Below are positions 1-10,300 of a stretch of 64,000 bases of DNA, piece after piece. The notes beneath the pieces are model-generated. The model saw only the letters and a program-made list of their open reading frames with translations, was not told where the DNA came from and did no database searches. The translations under genes were made by a program, and so were the position numbers. Within the stretch, counting starts at the first letter, position 1. Each line of letters starts with the position of its first letter. Origin of the DNA: an uncultured delta proteobacterium (lineage in GTDB: Bacteria; Myxococcota_A; Polyangia; Polyangiales; Polyangiaceae); assembly GCA_963696385.1 (NCBI GenBank), contig CAVOKF010000007.1, positions 32,001 through 96,000 of the forward strand, in the 5' to 3' direction.

Positions 1-400
1 CTTCCGGGGACAGGATGAACCGAAATTGGTGCCGCTCCCCGGCACGTGGCTGCTCGAAGGTCTCGACCCGAGCCGGCTCGTCGGCCGTGTACGCCACGCC
101 CTTGGAGCCGTCCTTTTCAACACCGTCACGCTCGATGTACCGCAGATGCAACGCCGCCGCCTTCGCGCCGCCGGCCCCCAGGCGCGCGACGTGCACCTTG
201 ACGACCGCCCGGCGCGCACTCGCATCCGGTCGCGCCACGGCGACGCGCGAGCGCGCGACTCGCCGCTGCGCCGTGCGGGCGCTCCGCGCCATCTTCGACA
301 AAAGTGCGCCGCGAAACGAGCTTCTTTCGCCGCGAGGCGCCCGTTTTGGCCCTCGCCCCATCCGAGGCCTGAAAATAGGGAGATCGTCGCGGTCGATCAC
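1..400 (-). CDS. VirD2-like/DUF3363-type relaxase (MOBP-related), N-terminal part; runs off the window start
   Basis: Manual minus-strand translation from GTG at 400 (GGAG RBS 6 nt upstream): MIDRDDLPIFRPRMGRG...ARRAVVKVHVARLGAGGAKAAALHLRYIERDGVEKDG...ERHQFRFILSPE. It contains the HLRYIxRDG (catalytic Tyr) and HQFRFIxSPE motifs of this family. Not in the supplied ORF track. Confidence 0.85.
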   Translation of the reverse strand, partial: MIDRDDLPIFRPRMGRGPKRAPRGERSSFRGALLSKMARSARTAQRRVARSRVAVARPDASARRAVVKVHVARLGAGGAKAAALHLRYIERDGVEKDGSKGVAYTADEPARVETFEQPRAGERHQFRFILSPE

Positions 401-444
401 GAATAGCTCCACCTTTTCATGATGGCTTTCCACACGTTATCGAA

Positions 445-540
445 GTCGTGGAGCTACGGCATAGGCCCATAGCTCTATACTTTCCTAAGTAATTCTGAAA
501 ACTTAAGACACGCGTAGCTCTAATCCTTTATCTTGCCCTT
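445..540. other. Putative oriT (nic-like site plus inverted repeat)
   Basis: TATCTTGCCC at 529-538 matches the IncP nic TATCCTG^CCC at 9/10 positions. GAGCTACG (451-458) and CGTAGCTC (513-520) form an inverted repeat around an AT-rich spacer. The site lies just upstream of the relaxase gene. Confidence 0.6.
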
Positions 541-569
541 CGCTTCGCTCCGGGTTTGCCCCTCTCGAC

Positions 570-962
570 AGACACCACGGCAGACACTTTTCCGACTGTT
601 GTTCCGTCACTCGAACGACACCACGGCAGACACTTCTCCGACTGTTGTTCCGTCACTCGAACGACACCACGGCAGACACTTCTCCGACTGTTGTTCCGTC
701 ACTCGAACGACACCACGGCAGACACTTCTCCGACTGTTGTTCCGTCACTCGAACCACACGACGGCAGACACTTTTCCGACTGTTGTTCCGTCACTCGAAC
801 CACACGACGGCAGACACTTTTCCGGCTGTTGTTCCGTCACTCGAACGACACGACGGCGGACACGTTGCGGACTGTGTTGCGTCACCCGACGGACACCATG
901 GCGGACACGTTGCCGACCGTTGTTGCGTCACTCGAACGACACGACGGCGGACACGTTGCGGG
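570..962. repeat. Tandem array of a 46-bp unit, about 8.5 copies
   Basis: Unit CGACACCACGGCAGACACTTCTCCGACTGTTGTTCCGTCACTCGAA at 570, 616, 662, 708, 754, 800, 846, 891 and 937. Divergence increases rightwards; there are no spacers. Confidence 0.95.
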
Positions 963-1258
963 CCCTGCGCCGCATCCAACGGTATCGGCTACGCACGCGG
1001 CAGGTTAACGCACCGACGTGCGCACGGGCAGGTGCAGCGCAGCCCTTACCGCCACCGCGTTTGCGGGCAGCGTTTGCCGCGACTTCCCTGCCCGGTGTCC
1101 AACCAGACCGCAGCGGTCTTTTCGTCATGGCTGCGCGCTCGCTGGCCTTCTCGCAGAGGTGTTGTCTGTGCACCAGTCGATCCCGTTCTTCGGCGACAGC
1201 CGGATGCCGTATGCTCAGGGTGGTTCATCGCGGAGCCTTGGATCCCGGGACCGCCCCC

Positions 1259-1543
1259 ATGTCGATCGGTTCCTCCAAGCCCCGTTTCACGGACAAGCAG
1301 GGCCAGTATCCCGCGTTCATTCATACGTACGTCCTGGTGCGCCGTCGACCTCCCGCCGAGGCCGACATGCAGCGCTACTTCGGCGTCACCCCCCCTTCCG
1401 TTCATCGCATGGTCGTGGAACTGGAACCACGCGGACTGATTCGCCGTCTTCACAGACAGCCCAGAAGCATCGCCCTTCTCATTCACGCTGGGGAGATCCC
1501 TTCCCTACGGCCGCACACGATCGAAACGGGTGGGCGCGGATGA
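1259..1543 (+). CDS. Small LexA-DBD/MarR-like winged-HTH protein (no peptidase domain)
   Basis: FTDKQGQYxAFIHTY...RPPAEADMQRYFGVTPPSVHRMVVELExRGLIRR...RSI resembles the LexA N-terminal DNA-binding domain. The stop overlaps the next ATG (ATGA). Confidence 0.7.
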   Translation: MSIGSSKPRFTDKQGQYPAFIHTYVLVRRRPPAEADMQRYFGVTPPSVHRMVVELEPRGLIRRLHRQPRSIALLIHAGEIPSLRPHTIETGGRG

Positions 1544-3219
1544 AGCATCAGCAGGTACCCTCGCTGCACGTCGCGGTGCGCGCCGGCGCGTCGGTGCATG
1601 AGGCGCTGAAGACGGCGCAGCTGTGGGAGCTGCGCGAGGCGCTCGAGGTCGCGGTCGAGCGTGACGATCACGAGACCGCTCGGATCCTGCTCGCGCACGG
1701 CGCGTGGGTGGATCATGCCGGCCGGCGATGGGGCCGGCGCGGCGGCGCGATGCACGCGGCACTGTTGCTCGGGCGCAGCGTGCCCATGCTCGAGGTACTG
1801 CTCGACGGCGGCGCGTCGATCGCCACGCGCGACATCGAGGGGCACACGCCGCTCGCGATCGCGGTGCGCGTTGCCCGCGACGATGCCGCGGCGCTGTTCC
1901 GCAGCCGCGGCGCACATGACACCGAGGCAAGCGACGCGGATCGCCGGATCGGCGCGTGCGTGCGGGGTGAGCGCCCGACCGGCACGGCGCGCTGGCGCCG
2001 CGGCGACCACCAGCACCTATGCTGGGCGGTGCGGACCCACCACATCGCCGCGATCCCGGCGCTGCTCGCGATCGGGCTCAACCCCGATGTGCCCGACGAC
2101 GACGGAGAGACCGCGCTGCACCTCGCCGTGTCGGCCGGATCGATCGAGGCGGTCGACGCCCTGCTCGACGGCAACCCGCGTGTCGACGCGGTCGACTTCC
2201 GTAGCGAGACGCCGCTGACACGGGCGGTTCGCGACGGTCACGACGCGATCGCCGACCGGTTGCGGCGCGCCGGCGCGGTACCGCAGCAGCCGGTCAATCT
2301 GGCGGAGGCGTTCGAGGAGGCGGCCGATGCCGTGGTCAACGGCGATGTGACGCGGCTGACCGCGCTGCTCGATGGCGAGCCGCGGCTCGTCCACGCACGG
2401 TCGCTGCGCGAGCATCGCTGCACGCTCCTTCATTATGTGGGTGCGAACGGCGTCGAGCCGGAGCGCCAGCGCTCTCCGCCCAACGCACCGGCCGTGGCGG
2501 AGCTTCTCCTGGCGCGGGGCGCCAATCCCGACGCGCCGGCGATCCTGTACGGCGGCGGGGACACGACACTTGCCCTCGCAATCACCAGCGCGTTTCCCGA
2601 CCAGGCCGGCGTCATGGCGGACCTCGTGCGCGTGCTGGCCCGCGGCGGCGCGAGCGTCAACGGCCCCGACGGCGACGCCACGCCGATCCGCTACGCGCTG
2701 CCGTCCGCGTGGGCGGCGCTCGTCGAGTGCGGCGCGCTCGTCGATCTGTGTGCGGCCGCGTCGCTCGGCCTGTTGGATCGCGTCCGGCAATTCGTGGCGC
2801 CCGACGGTGGTGTGCAGGAGGGGGCTCGACTCGGGCCGCCGCGGCCGGCTCAGGAGGTCAAGGACGAGGCGTTCTTGGCCGCGTGCAAGGCGGGCCAACC
2901 GGCGATCGCGGCGTACCTCGTCGACGCCGGTGCGCGCATCGGCGTCCAAGGCAACCAGGGCATGACCGGCTTGCACGAGGCGGTGTGGCGCTGCAATCAT
3001 CCGACGGTGCGGATGCTGCTCGAACGCGGCGCGCCGCTCGAGGTCCGCAACGACTACGGCGGCACCGTCCTCGACTTCACGGTGTGGGTCATTGGCCATC
3101 AGTCGGGCAAGGGCCGCGACTGGCGCAGCCTCGTCGACATGCTGATCGCGGCCGGCGCCGACGTCGGAGCCGCGGGCGGTCGCGCCGCTATCGAATCGGC
3201 GCTGCATTCGGCGGATTAA
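1540..3219 (+). CDS. Ankyrin repeat protein
   Basis: Multiple ankyrin motifs: GHTPLAIAV, GETALHLAV, ETPLTRAV, TLLHYV, GMTGLHEAV, GGTVLDF. ATG at 1540 is coupled to the upstream stop. Confidence 0.9.
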   Translation: MKHQQVPSLHVAVRAGASVHEALKTAQLWELREALEVAVERDDHETARILLAHGAWVDHAGRRWGRRGGAMHAALLLGRSVPMLEVLLDGGASIATRDIEGHTPLAIAVRVARDDAAALFRSRGAHDTEASDADRRIGACVRGERPTGTARWRRGDHQHLCWAVRTHHIAAIPALLAIGLNPDVPDDDGETALHLAVSAGSIEAVDALLDGNPRVDAVDFRSETPLTRAVRDGHDAIADRLRRAGAVPQQPVNLAEAFEEAADAVVNGDVTRLTALLDGEPRLVHARSLREHRCTLLHYVGANGVEPERQRSPPNAPAVAELLLARGANPDAPAILYGGGDTTLALAITSAFPDQAGVMADLVRVLARGGASVNGPDGDATPIRYALPSAWAALVECGALVDLCAAASLGLLDRVRQFVAPDGGVQEGARLGPPRPAQEVKDEAFLAACKAGQPAIAAYLVDAGARIGVQGNQGMTGLHEAVWRCNHPTVRMLLERGAPLEVRNDYGGTVLDFTVWVIGHQSGKGRDWRSLVDMLIAAGADVGAAGGRAAIESALHSAD

Positions 3220-4038
3220 CGTGGGTCCTTCGCCAATAGGCATTCGAGTTTGTGAGCGAGGTTTTTTGAGCGGCGGTGGCGATCGATGTTGCCATCGTGG
3301 CACTCGGCAGTTCCCGCGCGTCGCCGTGCGGCACGATGGCCCGCAAGCGCTCCGTCTCGGTGCGGCGAGCTCCCCCCGCGGGGCCGAGACGTCAATCGGT
3401 CGTGTCCGCGAGGAAGCGTCTCGGATGCCTTCGACTCTCTCAGCGGACCCCCCCTAAAACCAAGAACGGGGAGCAGGATGAAGCCCAACCCTCCCCCGTT
3501 CGGCGCGCCCAGCGCGAGACCACAGCCGTAACGAGTCGCCACAGCGTCGGCCAAGATCGGATCATCGTTCGGGTTCTGTCCGTCCGAAAGGTCCGAAATA
3601 AGTGTCGGCTACTGCGCCTTGATGGAGTCGATGGCTTTGCAGGCGGTCCCCGCTGCCTGAAGCGGCACCGCTCCGTTCGCCTGCATCAGACCGCCAAAAT
3701 CTGTCAATGATCGAGCTGCTCGGATTCATTCGTCACGTCAGCCTGCGCTGGCTGCAAGCGTCTTTCTTCTTGCCGAGCGAATGAACGCTGCGCCCCTCGT
3801 GCATGCGAGAGTCGAGACGACGGGGGCTCATGGCGGCGGTGGCCAAATACTCGTTCGGCAGTCACGCAGCTCTCGAGTGCCGGTGGTGGAGTCACCCGCG
3901 GCGCGGAAGGGCGACGACCTTGCCGCCGCTGGGCAGCTGGACGGCGCGCGATAGCGGCGCATCGCGACCGAACGGGGATCATCGTGGGTCGCAAACCTTC
4001 GAGCTAAGGCTTTCTCATCCTCTCCTTCCTGCCGCTTT

Positions 4039-5178
4039 TCACGGCGGTCTGACGCAACGGAAGCCGAGGATGTAGGCGTCGCGGTTGTCGGGGAAGTCGT
4101 TGTTGCGGTACGGGGGAAGCAAGTGCGTCGCGGGGCCGTCGAAGCCGCCGCCCCGGACCACCCGGGTGGAAGCTGTCGTGAGATAGGCACAATTTGTGCA
4201 CGGATCGACGTACGTGGCATACCAATCCAGGTTCCACTCCTTGACGTCCCCCGCCATATCCAGCTGACCCCAGTAACCAGCTCCCAGCGGCGCCGTGCCC
4301 ACCGGCGCGATGCTGTTCAACGCGTTCGTACAGGCCCCGTAGTCGCAGTTGTAAATCGCGTACTGGTTCGCCGTCCCCGGATCCGTCGAACCCCACGGGT
4401 ACTCAAGCTGCTGGCTACCCCCCGCCGCTACGTACTCCCACTCCGCTTCGCTCGGCAAAAAGCCCCCATCCCAAATACAAAACGCGTACGCCTCGTACCA
4501 GTCCACGCAGCGGATCGGCAGATTCTCTTGGCTGCCCGCCGCGCTCGTCCACGTCGGGTAGTTTCCAAGGCAGCTTAGGTTCGTGTTCCAGGTGACCGCC
4601 GCGCCAGCCCCCGTGGCGATGTACGTGTTCCAGTCGGTCGCGTCCCAGCCCGTCTCGTACGTCCCCGCGCTCCCGCTATTGGCCAGGCCCTGCCCCTCGT
4701 TCAAGTACGTGTGAATGCCGCTGCCGTTGGCGGGTGGGGCGCCGGTGTTGCTCGTCACGTAGTTCACGTATTGCCGGAACCGCCCCACCGTCACCACATA
4801 CTTGTCCATCCGGAATCCGCTCACCGTCGCTGGATCCGCCAAGTCGGGCCAGCCGCCGTCCGGAGGTCCGCTGGTTGACAATTGCGTATTGTATGTCCGG
4901 TCGTACGTTCCCCCCGGCACCTCCAAGCTCGTGCAACAGCTCTCGCTCCCGCTTCCCCCGGGGCCGCAGTTCGTCATTCCCGGGCCGCCGGGCTGGCAGC
5001 TAGGTGGGATAATTACTGGGCCGGAAGAGCTGCTCGTGGAGACGCTCACACCGCTCGAACCGGCCGCAGCGGACATGCCGGCAAGCTCGGTCCTTGCGCC
5101 GCATCCATTCGGAACGGCAACGACCAAGATCGCCGCCGTCATCGCGCGCATCAGCGTTTGGAATCCAACGGCGCTCAT
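4039..5178 (-). CDS. FGE-sulfatase/SUMF1-family (CLec fold) secreted or lipoprotein
   Basis: FRMDKYVVTVGRF, LPSEAEWEYVAAGG, YPWG, DMAGDVKEW, RVVRGGGF and GFRC motifs. Hydrophobic N-terminus ending in PNGC. Start codon uncertain (5178 or 5151). Confidence 0.88.
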   Translation of the reverse strand: MSAVGFQTLMRAMTAAILVVAVPNGCGARTELAGMSAAAGSSGVSVSTSSSSGPVIIPPSCQPGGPGMTNCGPGGSGSESCCTSLEVPGGTYDRTYNTQLSTSGPPDGGWPDLADPATVSGFRMDKYVVTVGRFRQYVNYVTSNTGAPPANGSGIHTYLNEGQGLANSGSAGTYETGWDATDWNTYIATGAGAAVTWNTNLSCLGNYPTWTSAAGSQENLPIRCVDWYEAYAFCIWDGGFLPSEAEWEYVAAGGSQQLEYPWGSTDPGTANQYAIYNCDYGACTNALNSIAPVGTAPLGAGYWGQLDMAGDVKEWNLDWYATYVDPCTNCAYLTTASTRVVRGGGFDGPATHLLPPYRNNDFPDNRDAYILGFRCVRPP

Positions 5179-5801
5179 TCCGCTCCAGAGCAATATCCGG
5201 TGAGTCGACCGCAAGCGCAAGGACCGCTGCGCGAAGCTCGACGACAGGGGCATTTGAATTTGGGGGACATTGCGGCCGCGCTCTCGCTCGGAGTGGTGAT
5301 GTTGCGTCCTTGACGGCGACGATCGGCGTGTCGGCTTGCACGCCGTGGAAGCGCTCATCTTTGGACGGTCGAGGATGGACCTCCTTCCCAAGTGATATCG
5401 ATTCGTAATGGCAACGATCCATTCGATGGATTGGAGAGCCGTTCGACGGGACGACGGTCCGTCGTAGGGGCCGTGAGCCATCTCGACCGCCCCTTGGTCG
5501 TCCACCCGTTGCCGCCTCGGCACGCCTGACCATCACACCAATGATTATGAGCACTTAGTTCGGACATTCCTTTGGCGATTGCGCTGGCCCGAGAATTGCT
5601 GTACGCGTGGTTCGTGCACCTTCGTCTGCGCGTGTAGAGCGCCTTTCGGTCAAAGCTACTGAGCAGCGCTGGGCCTAAACGGCTAATGCGCTTTCGGTCG
5701 GGCCTTTGAGAGTACGCGCCGCACTCGGCACGATGGGTGTCGTACGCCCGAAGACTCGCTTTCTTCAAGGGTTTTTGCAATCCGCGATCGGGGTGGGCGT
5801 G

Positions 5802-6053
5802 ATGGACAGCCACAATGACATTCTAGCGATGCTCGCCGAAGCGGCGGGGGTTGCGGTCGAGGGCGACGTGCTGACGGTGGAGGAGCTTGCCGCGCAGCTG
5901 CGGGTCAAGCCCAAGACCGTCTACGCGGCCATTCGACGCAAGCAAATCCCCGGCATCCTGCGCGTGGGAAGACTCATCCGCATCTCGCGATCGAGCGTGC
6001 TAGCTTGGCTTGCCGGCCAAGATCGCGAAGCTCGCTCACGGAGCCAACGATGA
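5802..6053 (+). CDS. Excisionase-like HTH_17 DNA-binding protein
   Basis: VLTVEELAAQLRVKPKTVYAAIRRKQIPGILRVGRLIRISRSSVLAWL. ATGA overlap with the integrase. Confidence 0.85.
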   Translation: MDSHNDILAMLAEAAGVAVEGDVLTVEELAAQLRVKPKTVYAAIRRKQIPGILRVGRLIRISRSSVLAWLAGQDREARSRSQR

Positions 6054-7183
6054 GCGTGCGCAGCGAACGGCGCCGAGACAAGGTCTCGGGCAAAGTACGG
6101 GAATATTGGATGGTCCATGTCGTAATCCAACTGCCGGATGGACGGCTCGTGCAAGCGCGCAAGGCACTTTCGAAAACGAAGGTGAACAAGCGCGAGGCCG
6201 AGGCGTACGAACGGCGACTGCGGGCGGAGATGCTCAATCCGACCGCGGTGAAGCCAAAGGAGGTCCCCACACTCAAACAGTTCTGGCCGACGTTTCTCGC
6301 ATGGGCGAAGGGCGAGCGGCACAAGGCGAGCGGAATCCACTCGAAGGAGTCGATCTACCGGGTGCACCTGGCGCCCGCGTTCGACTCCAAGCGGCTCGAT
6401 CAGATCGATGACGCGGCCATCACGCGCATCAAGTGCAAGCTCGCTACCGCCGGCCGCAGCCGCAAGACCGCGAACAACATTCTGGGCGTGCTGTCGAAAG
6501 CCCTGCGGCTCGCGGTCAAGTGGAAGGTGCTCTCGCAGATGCCCTGCGAATTCAACCTGAAACCAGTCAAGAACATCCGCATCGACTTCTACGAGTTCGC
6601 CGACTACGACCGGCTCGTCGACGCCGCCGGAAAGGTCGGAAGCCGCTACGCGGTTCTCGTGCTTCTCGGCGGCGACGCGGGGCTACGACGCAGCGAGATC
6701 ATCGGGCTTCGATGGTGCGACGTGGACTTTGCAAGAGGTCAGCTTCGCATCGTGCAAGCGCAGTGGAAGGACACGGTCGACACCCCCAAGAGCGACAAGC
6801 CGCGCATCGTTCCGATGACCGACGCGCTGACCGATGCGCTCAAGAGGCACCGGCATCTTCGCAGCGAGCGGGTTCTATGCTTGGACGACGGCAAGCCGGC
6901 GCCCGGGCATGTGCTTCGCGACTGGCTGGAAGCGGTGCAGCGCCGGGGCGGGCTCGAGGTACGGGGGAGCCTTCATAAGCTCCGCCATACGTTTTGCTCG
7001 CACCTGGCGATGCGTGGCGCGCCCGCGAAGGCCATTCAGGAGCTGGCCGGGCACGCCGATCTGGCGACCACGATGCGGTACATGCACTTGTCGCCGACGG
7101 CGCGTGACAGCGCCATCGCGCTGCTCAACGTGCGCAACCACAGCAACATAGCAGCAACGATCGGTAGCGAAATTCGTAACTAG
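6050..7183 (+). CDS. Tyrosine recombinase / phage-type integrase
   Basis: Catalytic residues in GLRRSE (R), TPKS (K), HKLRHT (H-x-x-R), LAGH (H) and TMRY (Y). Adjacent to a tRNA 3' end. Confidence 0.95.
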   Translation: MSVRSERRRDKVSGKVREYWMVHVVIQLPDGRLVQARKALSKTKVNKREAEAYERRLRAEMLNPTAVKPKEVPTLKQFWPTFLAWAKGERHKASGIHSKESIYRVHLAPAFDSKRLDQIDDAAITRIKCKLATAGRSRKTANNILGVLSKALRLAVKWKVLSQMPCEFNLKPVKNIRIDFYEFADYDRLVDAAGKVGSRYAVLVLLGGDAGLRRSEIIGLRWCDVDFARGQLRIVQAQWKDTVDTPKSDKPRIVPMTDALTDALKRHRHLRSERVLCLDDGKPAPGHVLRDWLEAVQRRGGLEVRGSLHKLRHTFCSHLAMRGAPAKAIQELAGHADLATTMRYMHLSPTARDSAIALLNVRNHSNIAATIGSEIRN

Positions 7184-7206
7184 CTGAATTGCTTATGGAA
7201 AGAGAG

Positions 7207-7279
<73 letters not shown>

Positions 7280-7396
7280 GAACCGTACGCGATGGGAAGT
7301 GGGACGGATGAATTTCGAGAAAAGACCCGCTCGTGTCTACTTAAAGTAAGGGTTGGCCGCAACCTGAATGGTCCGCATTCGAAGGCTTTGCACGGT

Positions 7397-10300
7397 TCAA
7401 CCTATGCTGACGGGTACTTTGACGCCGAGACGCTTGACCATTTTTTGCAGTCCGAAGCGTGAAAGTCCGAGCAGTTGGGCGGCGCGGGTCTGATTGCCGC
7501 GCGTCTTGGTGAGGGCTTCGAGGAGCAGTTCGGTCTCGAGCGCGTCGACTCTCAAGCGGAGATCGAGTCCAGCCCCCCGTGCGGCGCTCGTACGGCTGTC
7601 AAGGACCTCCGCAGAGAGGTCGCCGAGGTCGATGGCGCCGTCGCCAAGGACAAGCGATTCTGCGCACTTCGTTCTCGAGCTGCCGGACGTTGCCGGGCCA
7701 TGGAAACCCTATGAGCTTCGCCATGGCCGCCCGAGTTACCCTCACCTCTCGACCGGGAGCGTGCTTGCGTACGAAGTGTGCCACGAGCAGCGGAATATCC
7801 TCGGTCCGTTCGCGGAGTGCCGGAACGCGCACGGTGATCACATTCAAGCGATAGAAGAGGTCCTCGCGAAAGTCGCCTGAGGCGACCATGGCTGCCAGAT
7901 CGCGATGGGTCGCTCCGATGACGCGGACATCCACTTTGCGCATCCGCTCACTACCGACGGCACGCACCTCGCCTCCCTGAAGGACGCGGAGGAGCTTGGC
8001 CTGCATCGCAAGCGACATTTCGCCGATTTCGTCCAGTAGGAGTGTGCCGCCATCGGCCACGTCGAAGAGACCGGCACGGGTGGACGATGCCCCCGTAAAG
8101 GCGCCACGCACATGTCCGAATAGAGTCGATTCGAGGAGAGTCTCCGGGACGCTCGCGCAATTCTCGCTCACAAACGGGCGGCGCGAACGCGAACCATTGC
8201 TATGGATGGCGCGAGCGACGAGCTCTTTGCCTGTGCCGCTTTCGCCAACGATGAGGACCGGAACGTCACTCGCCGTCACGCGATCTACAATCCTCAAGAG
8301 ATCGCGCATCGGCGCGCTGCGCCCGGAGATCTCATCGTAGCAATACCGGGTCTCGCGCCCGTCGCGGACCAACTCGAGCTGGTTGCGGGTCAGGTCGAGC
8401 TCTGCTTCACGCGCTTGCAACAGCGCTTCGATCTGAACGCGCGCCCGTTCGGCGCGGCGTACCGCCCGTCGCAGGAGGACCGCATCACGTGCATCCGCGA
8501 TGGCCATGGCCGCCTGGGAGGCAACTACACGCACCCATGCGAGCTCGCCAGGGCCGAATGCTCCTTTGCGCACACGGTCGTCCAGGTACACGACGCCGAG
8601 CGTTTCTCCGCGTGCAAGCAAAGGGACGGCGAGGACGCTGCGTAACCGGAGCGCGTGCACGCTGGCGTGGACGTCTCCCAAGGTCGAGAGCGCGTCGGTC
8701 GCGACGACGGCATCGCCGGTTTCAACGGCGCGACGCGCGATGGTCTGGGAAAGCGCAAGCTGGTCGCCGGTGATATCGCGTCGCGCCAAGTTCCGCGCGG
8801 CACGTGGCACTAGGCGACCGTCGGGGGCGCGCAGGAGTAGCAGGCCTCGTTCCACCCCTGTCCAAAGGACCATCGTGTCGAGTACTTGCTCGAGCAATGG
8901 GCGGAGCCGGTCGCGAACCGATAGGGCTCGCACGATAGCCTCGAGTTGTGCAACTTGCGCGGGTGCGAAGGAGATGTCGGCGTTCGGGCTCACAGCTCCC
9001 GAGGAGCCGGCCGTCCAGGGGACGGATGCGAGCGCCGAACGAAAATGCGGTGGCGTTCTATCGCGTAAAGTTCGCGCCGCAACGCCGCGGGCAAGATCGA
9101 AACGGCGCGCCGCATCGCCGTCCCCGCAACGAGTGGCGAGGCGCACGGCAGCGTCGAGCGCAGGCCCGCGCGAACCGAGGGGTGCCGGAACGTCGACCAG
9201 AGCCGACAGAGCTCCGAGCACGGTCGCCTCGCTGCCCAGCGCGCCACCGCCGATCAGAGCTTGTGCCCGGGCGCCCCACCACTCCCACTGTGCGGCAGAG
9301 CCGACTTCCCCAACGGCCTGGTCGCCCGCGACAAGGTCGTCCGGTTGGACGGTATCGCGCGCCCAAAGCAGGCACCTGGCGGCAGATTGGACGCCGTCCT
9401 CGACCCCGCCGCCAAGCAACCGTTCGGCGGCCTCGATGGCCCAAGCACGCGCGCTGGGGTCACCCGGCGGGCGGACTTCGACCTGCGCCCAGCGCGCATA
9501 CGCTACGACGCGACCGTCGCCGGCCTCTAGCGCGCGAGCCCGCGCCTCTTCGGCCGCTTCATCCGTCGCGTGCAGCGCGCCGATGGTCGCAAGAACGGCC
9601 GCGCGAGCCAGCCAGGCACGCGCAGCTCGCTCGGGTCGACCGAGACGCTCCCAAAGAAGGGCGGCGCGCGTCGCGCTCCCAAGCGCCAGCGCGACATCCC
9701 CGCCGTCCGCCGCCGCCGCCGCCTCGCTGGTCAAATACGTCGCTTCCTCGACCACCGAACCAGCGCGCGTCGCCAACTCGACCGCGCGACCGAACGCCGA
9801 CAGGGCTGCCGATGAGCCTCCGCGACCGAGCTCCAGCATGCCGCGGACCCCTTCCAAGCGCGCCACTGCGTCGGCATCTACGGCTTCCGCAAGCGCCTGT
9901 TCGACGCCACGAAGCCCAGCGTCGTATTGCCCGCGACTCCATGCGACCAGCGCCCGCACTTCGGCGGCCGCCGCTCCATGAGCTTCGCGCAGATGCTTCT
10001 CGGCCTCATCCAGATCACCTGCGTCCCAGGCGAGGCGGGCAAGCGTGGCATGACCGCTCGAGCCCGGCCCATCGGCGGCGGCGGCGATCGCGTGCTGCGC
10101 GGCGGCTCGAGCCTCGGTCGAATCCCCGCGCCTTCGCGCGACCTCGGCGCGAAGGGCGCAGGCCTCGGATCCGGTCGCGCCCGCAAGCGCCGCCCAAGCC
10201 CGCCCCGTTTCTCCGGCTCGCAAGAGGGCCGAAGCGAGCTGCACGACGAGCGTCGGAGGTGCGAGCCCAGCAGCAACGTCGTCCTCAGCCCCTGAAAAGG

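Larger units (their letters stand above)
1..7206. mobile_element. Integrative mobilizable/conjugative element (right part) integrated at tRNA-Ala(GGC)
   Basis: Relaxase, putative oriT and cargo, followed by xis/int ending 23 bp from the tRNA 3' end. The left boundary is outside the window. Confidence 0.8.

Noticed and set aside
570..962. CRISPR array
   Set aside because: Units are contiguous with no unique spacers, and there are no cas genes in the window.
533..1439. Long ORFs through the 46-bp array (533-1543, 556-1008, 645-1439)
   Set aside because: They cycle through the same three repeat peptides because the unit lacks plus-strand stops. Only the 1259-1543 portion looks like a real protein.
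3221..4000. Possible decayed gene on the minus strand (…KAIDSIKAQ*PTLISDL…)
   Set aside because: Protein-like stretch with an internal stop but no recognisable family; it cannot be supported.
4039..5178. Complete DGR cassette within the window
   Set aside because: No reverse transcriptase, avd or second copy of the variable segment was seen in these 64 kb; only a possible remote target is proposed.
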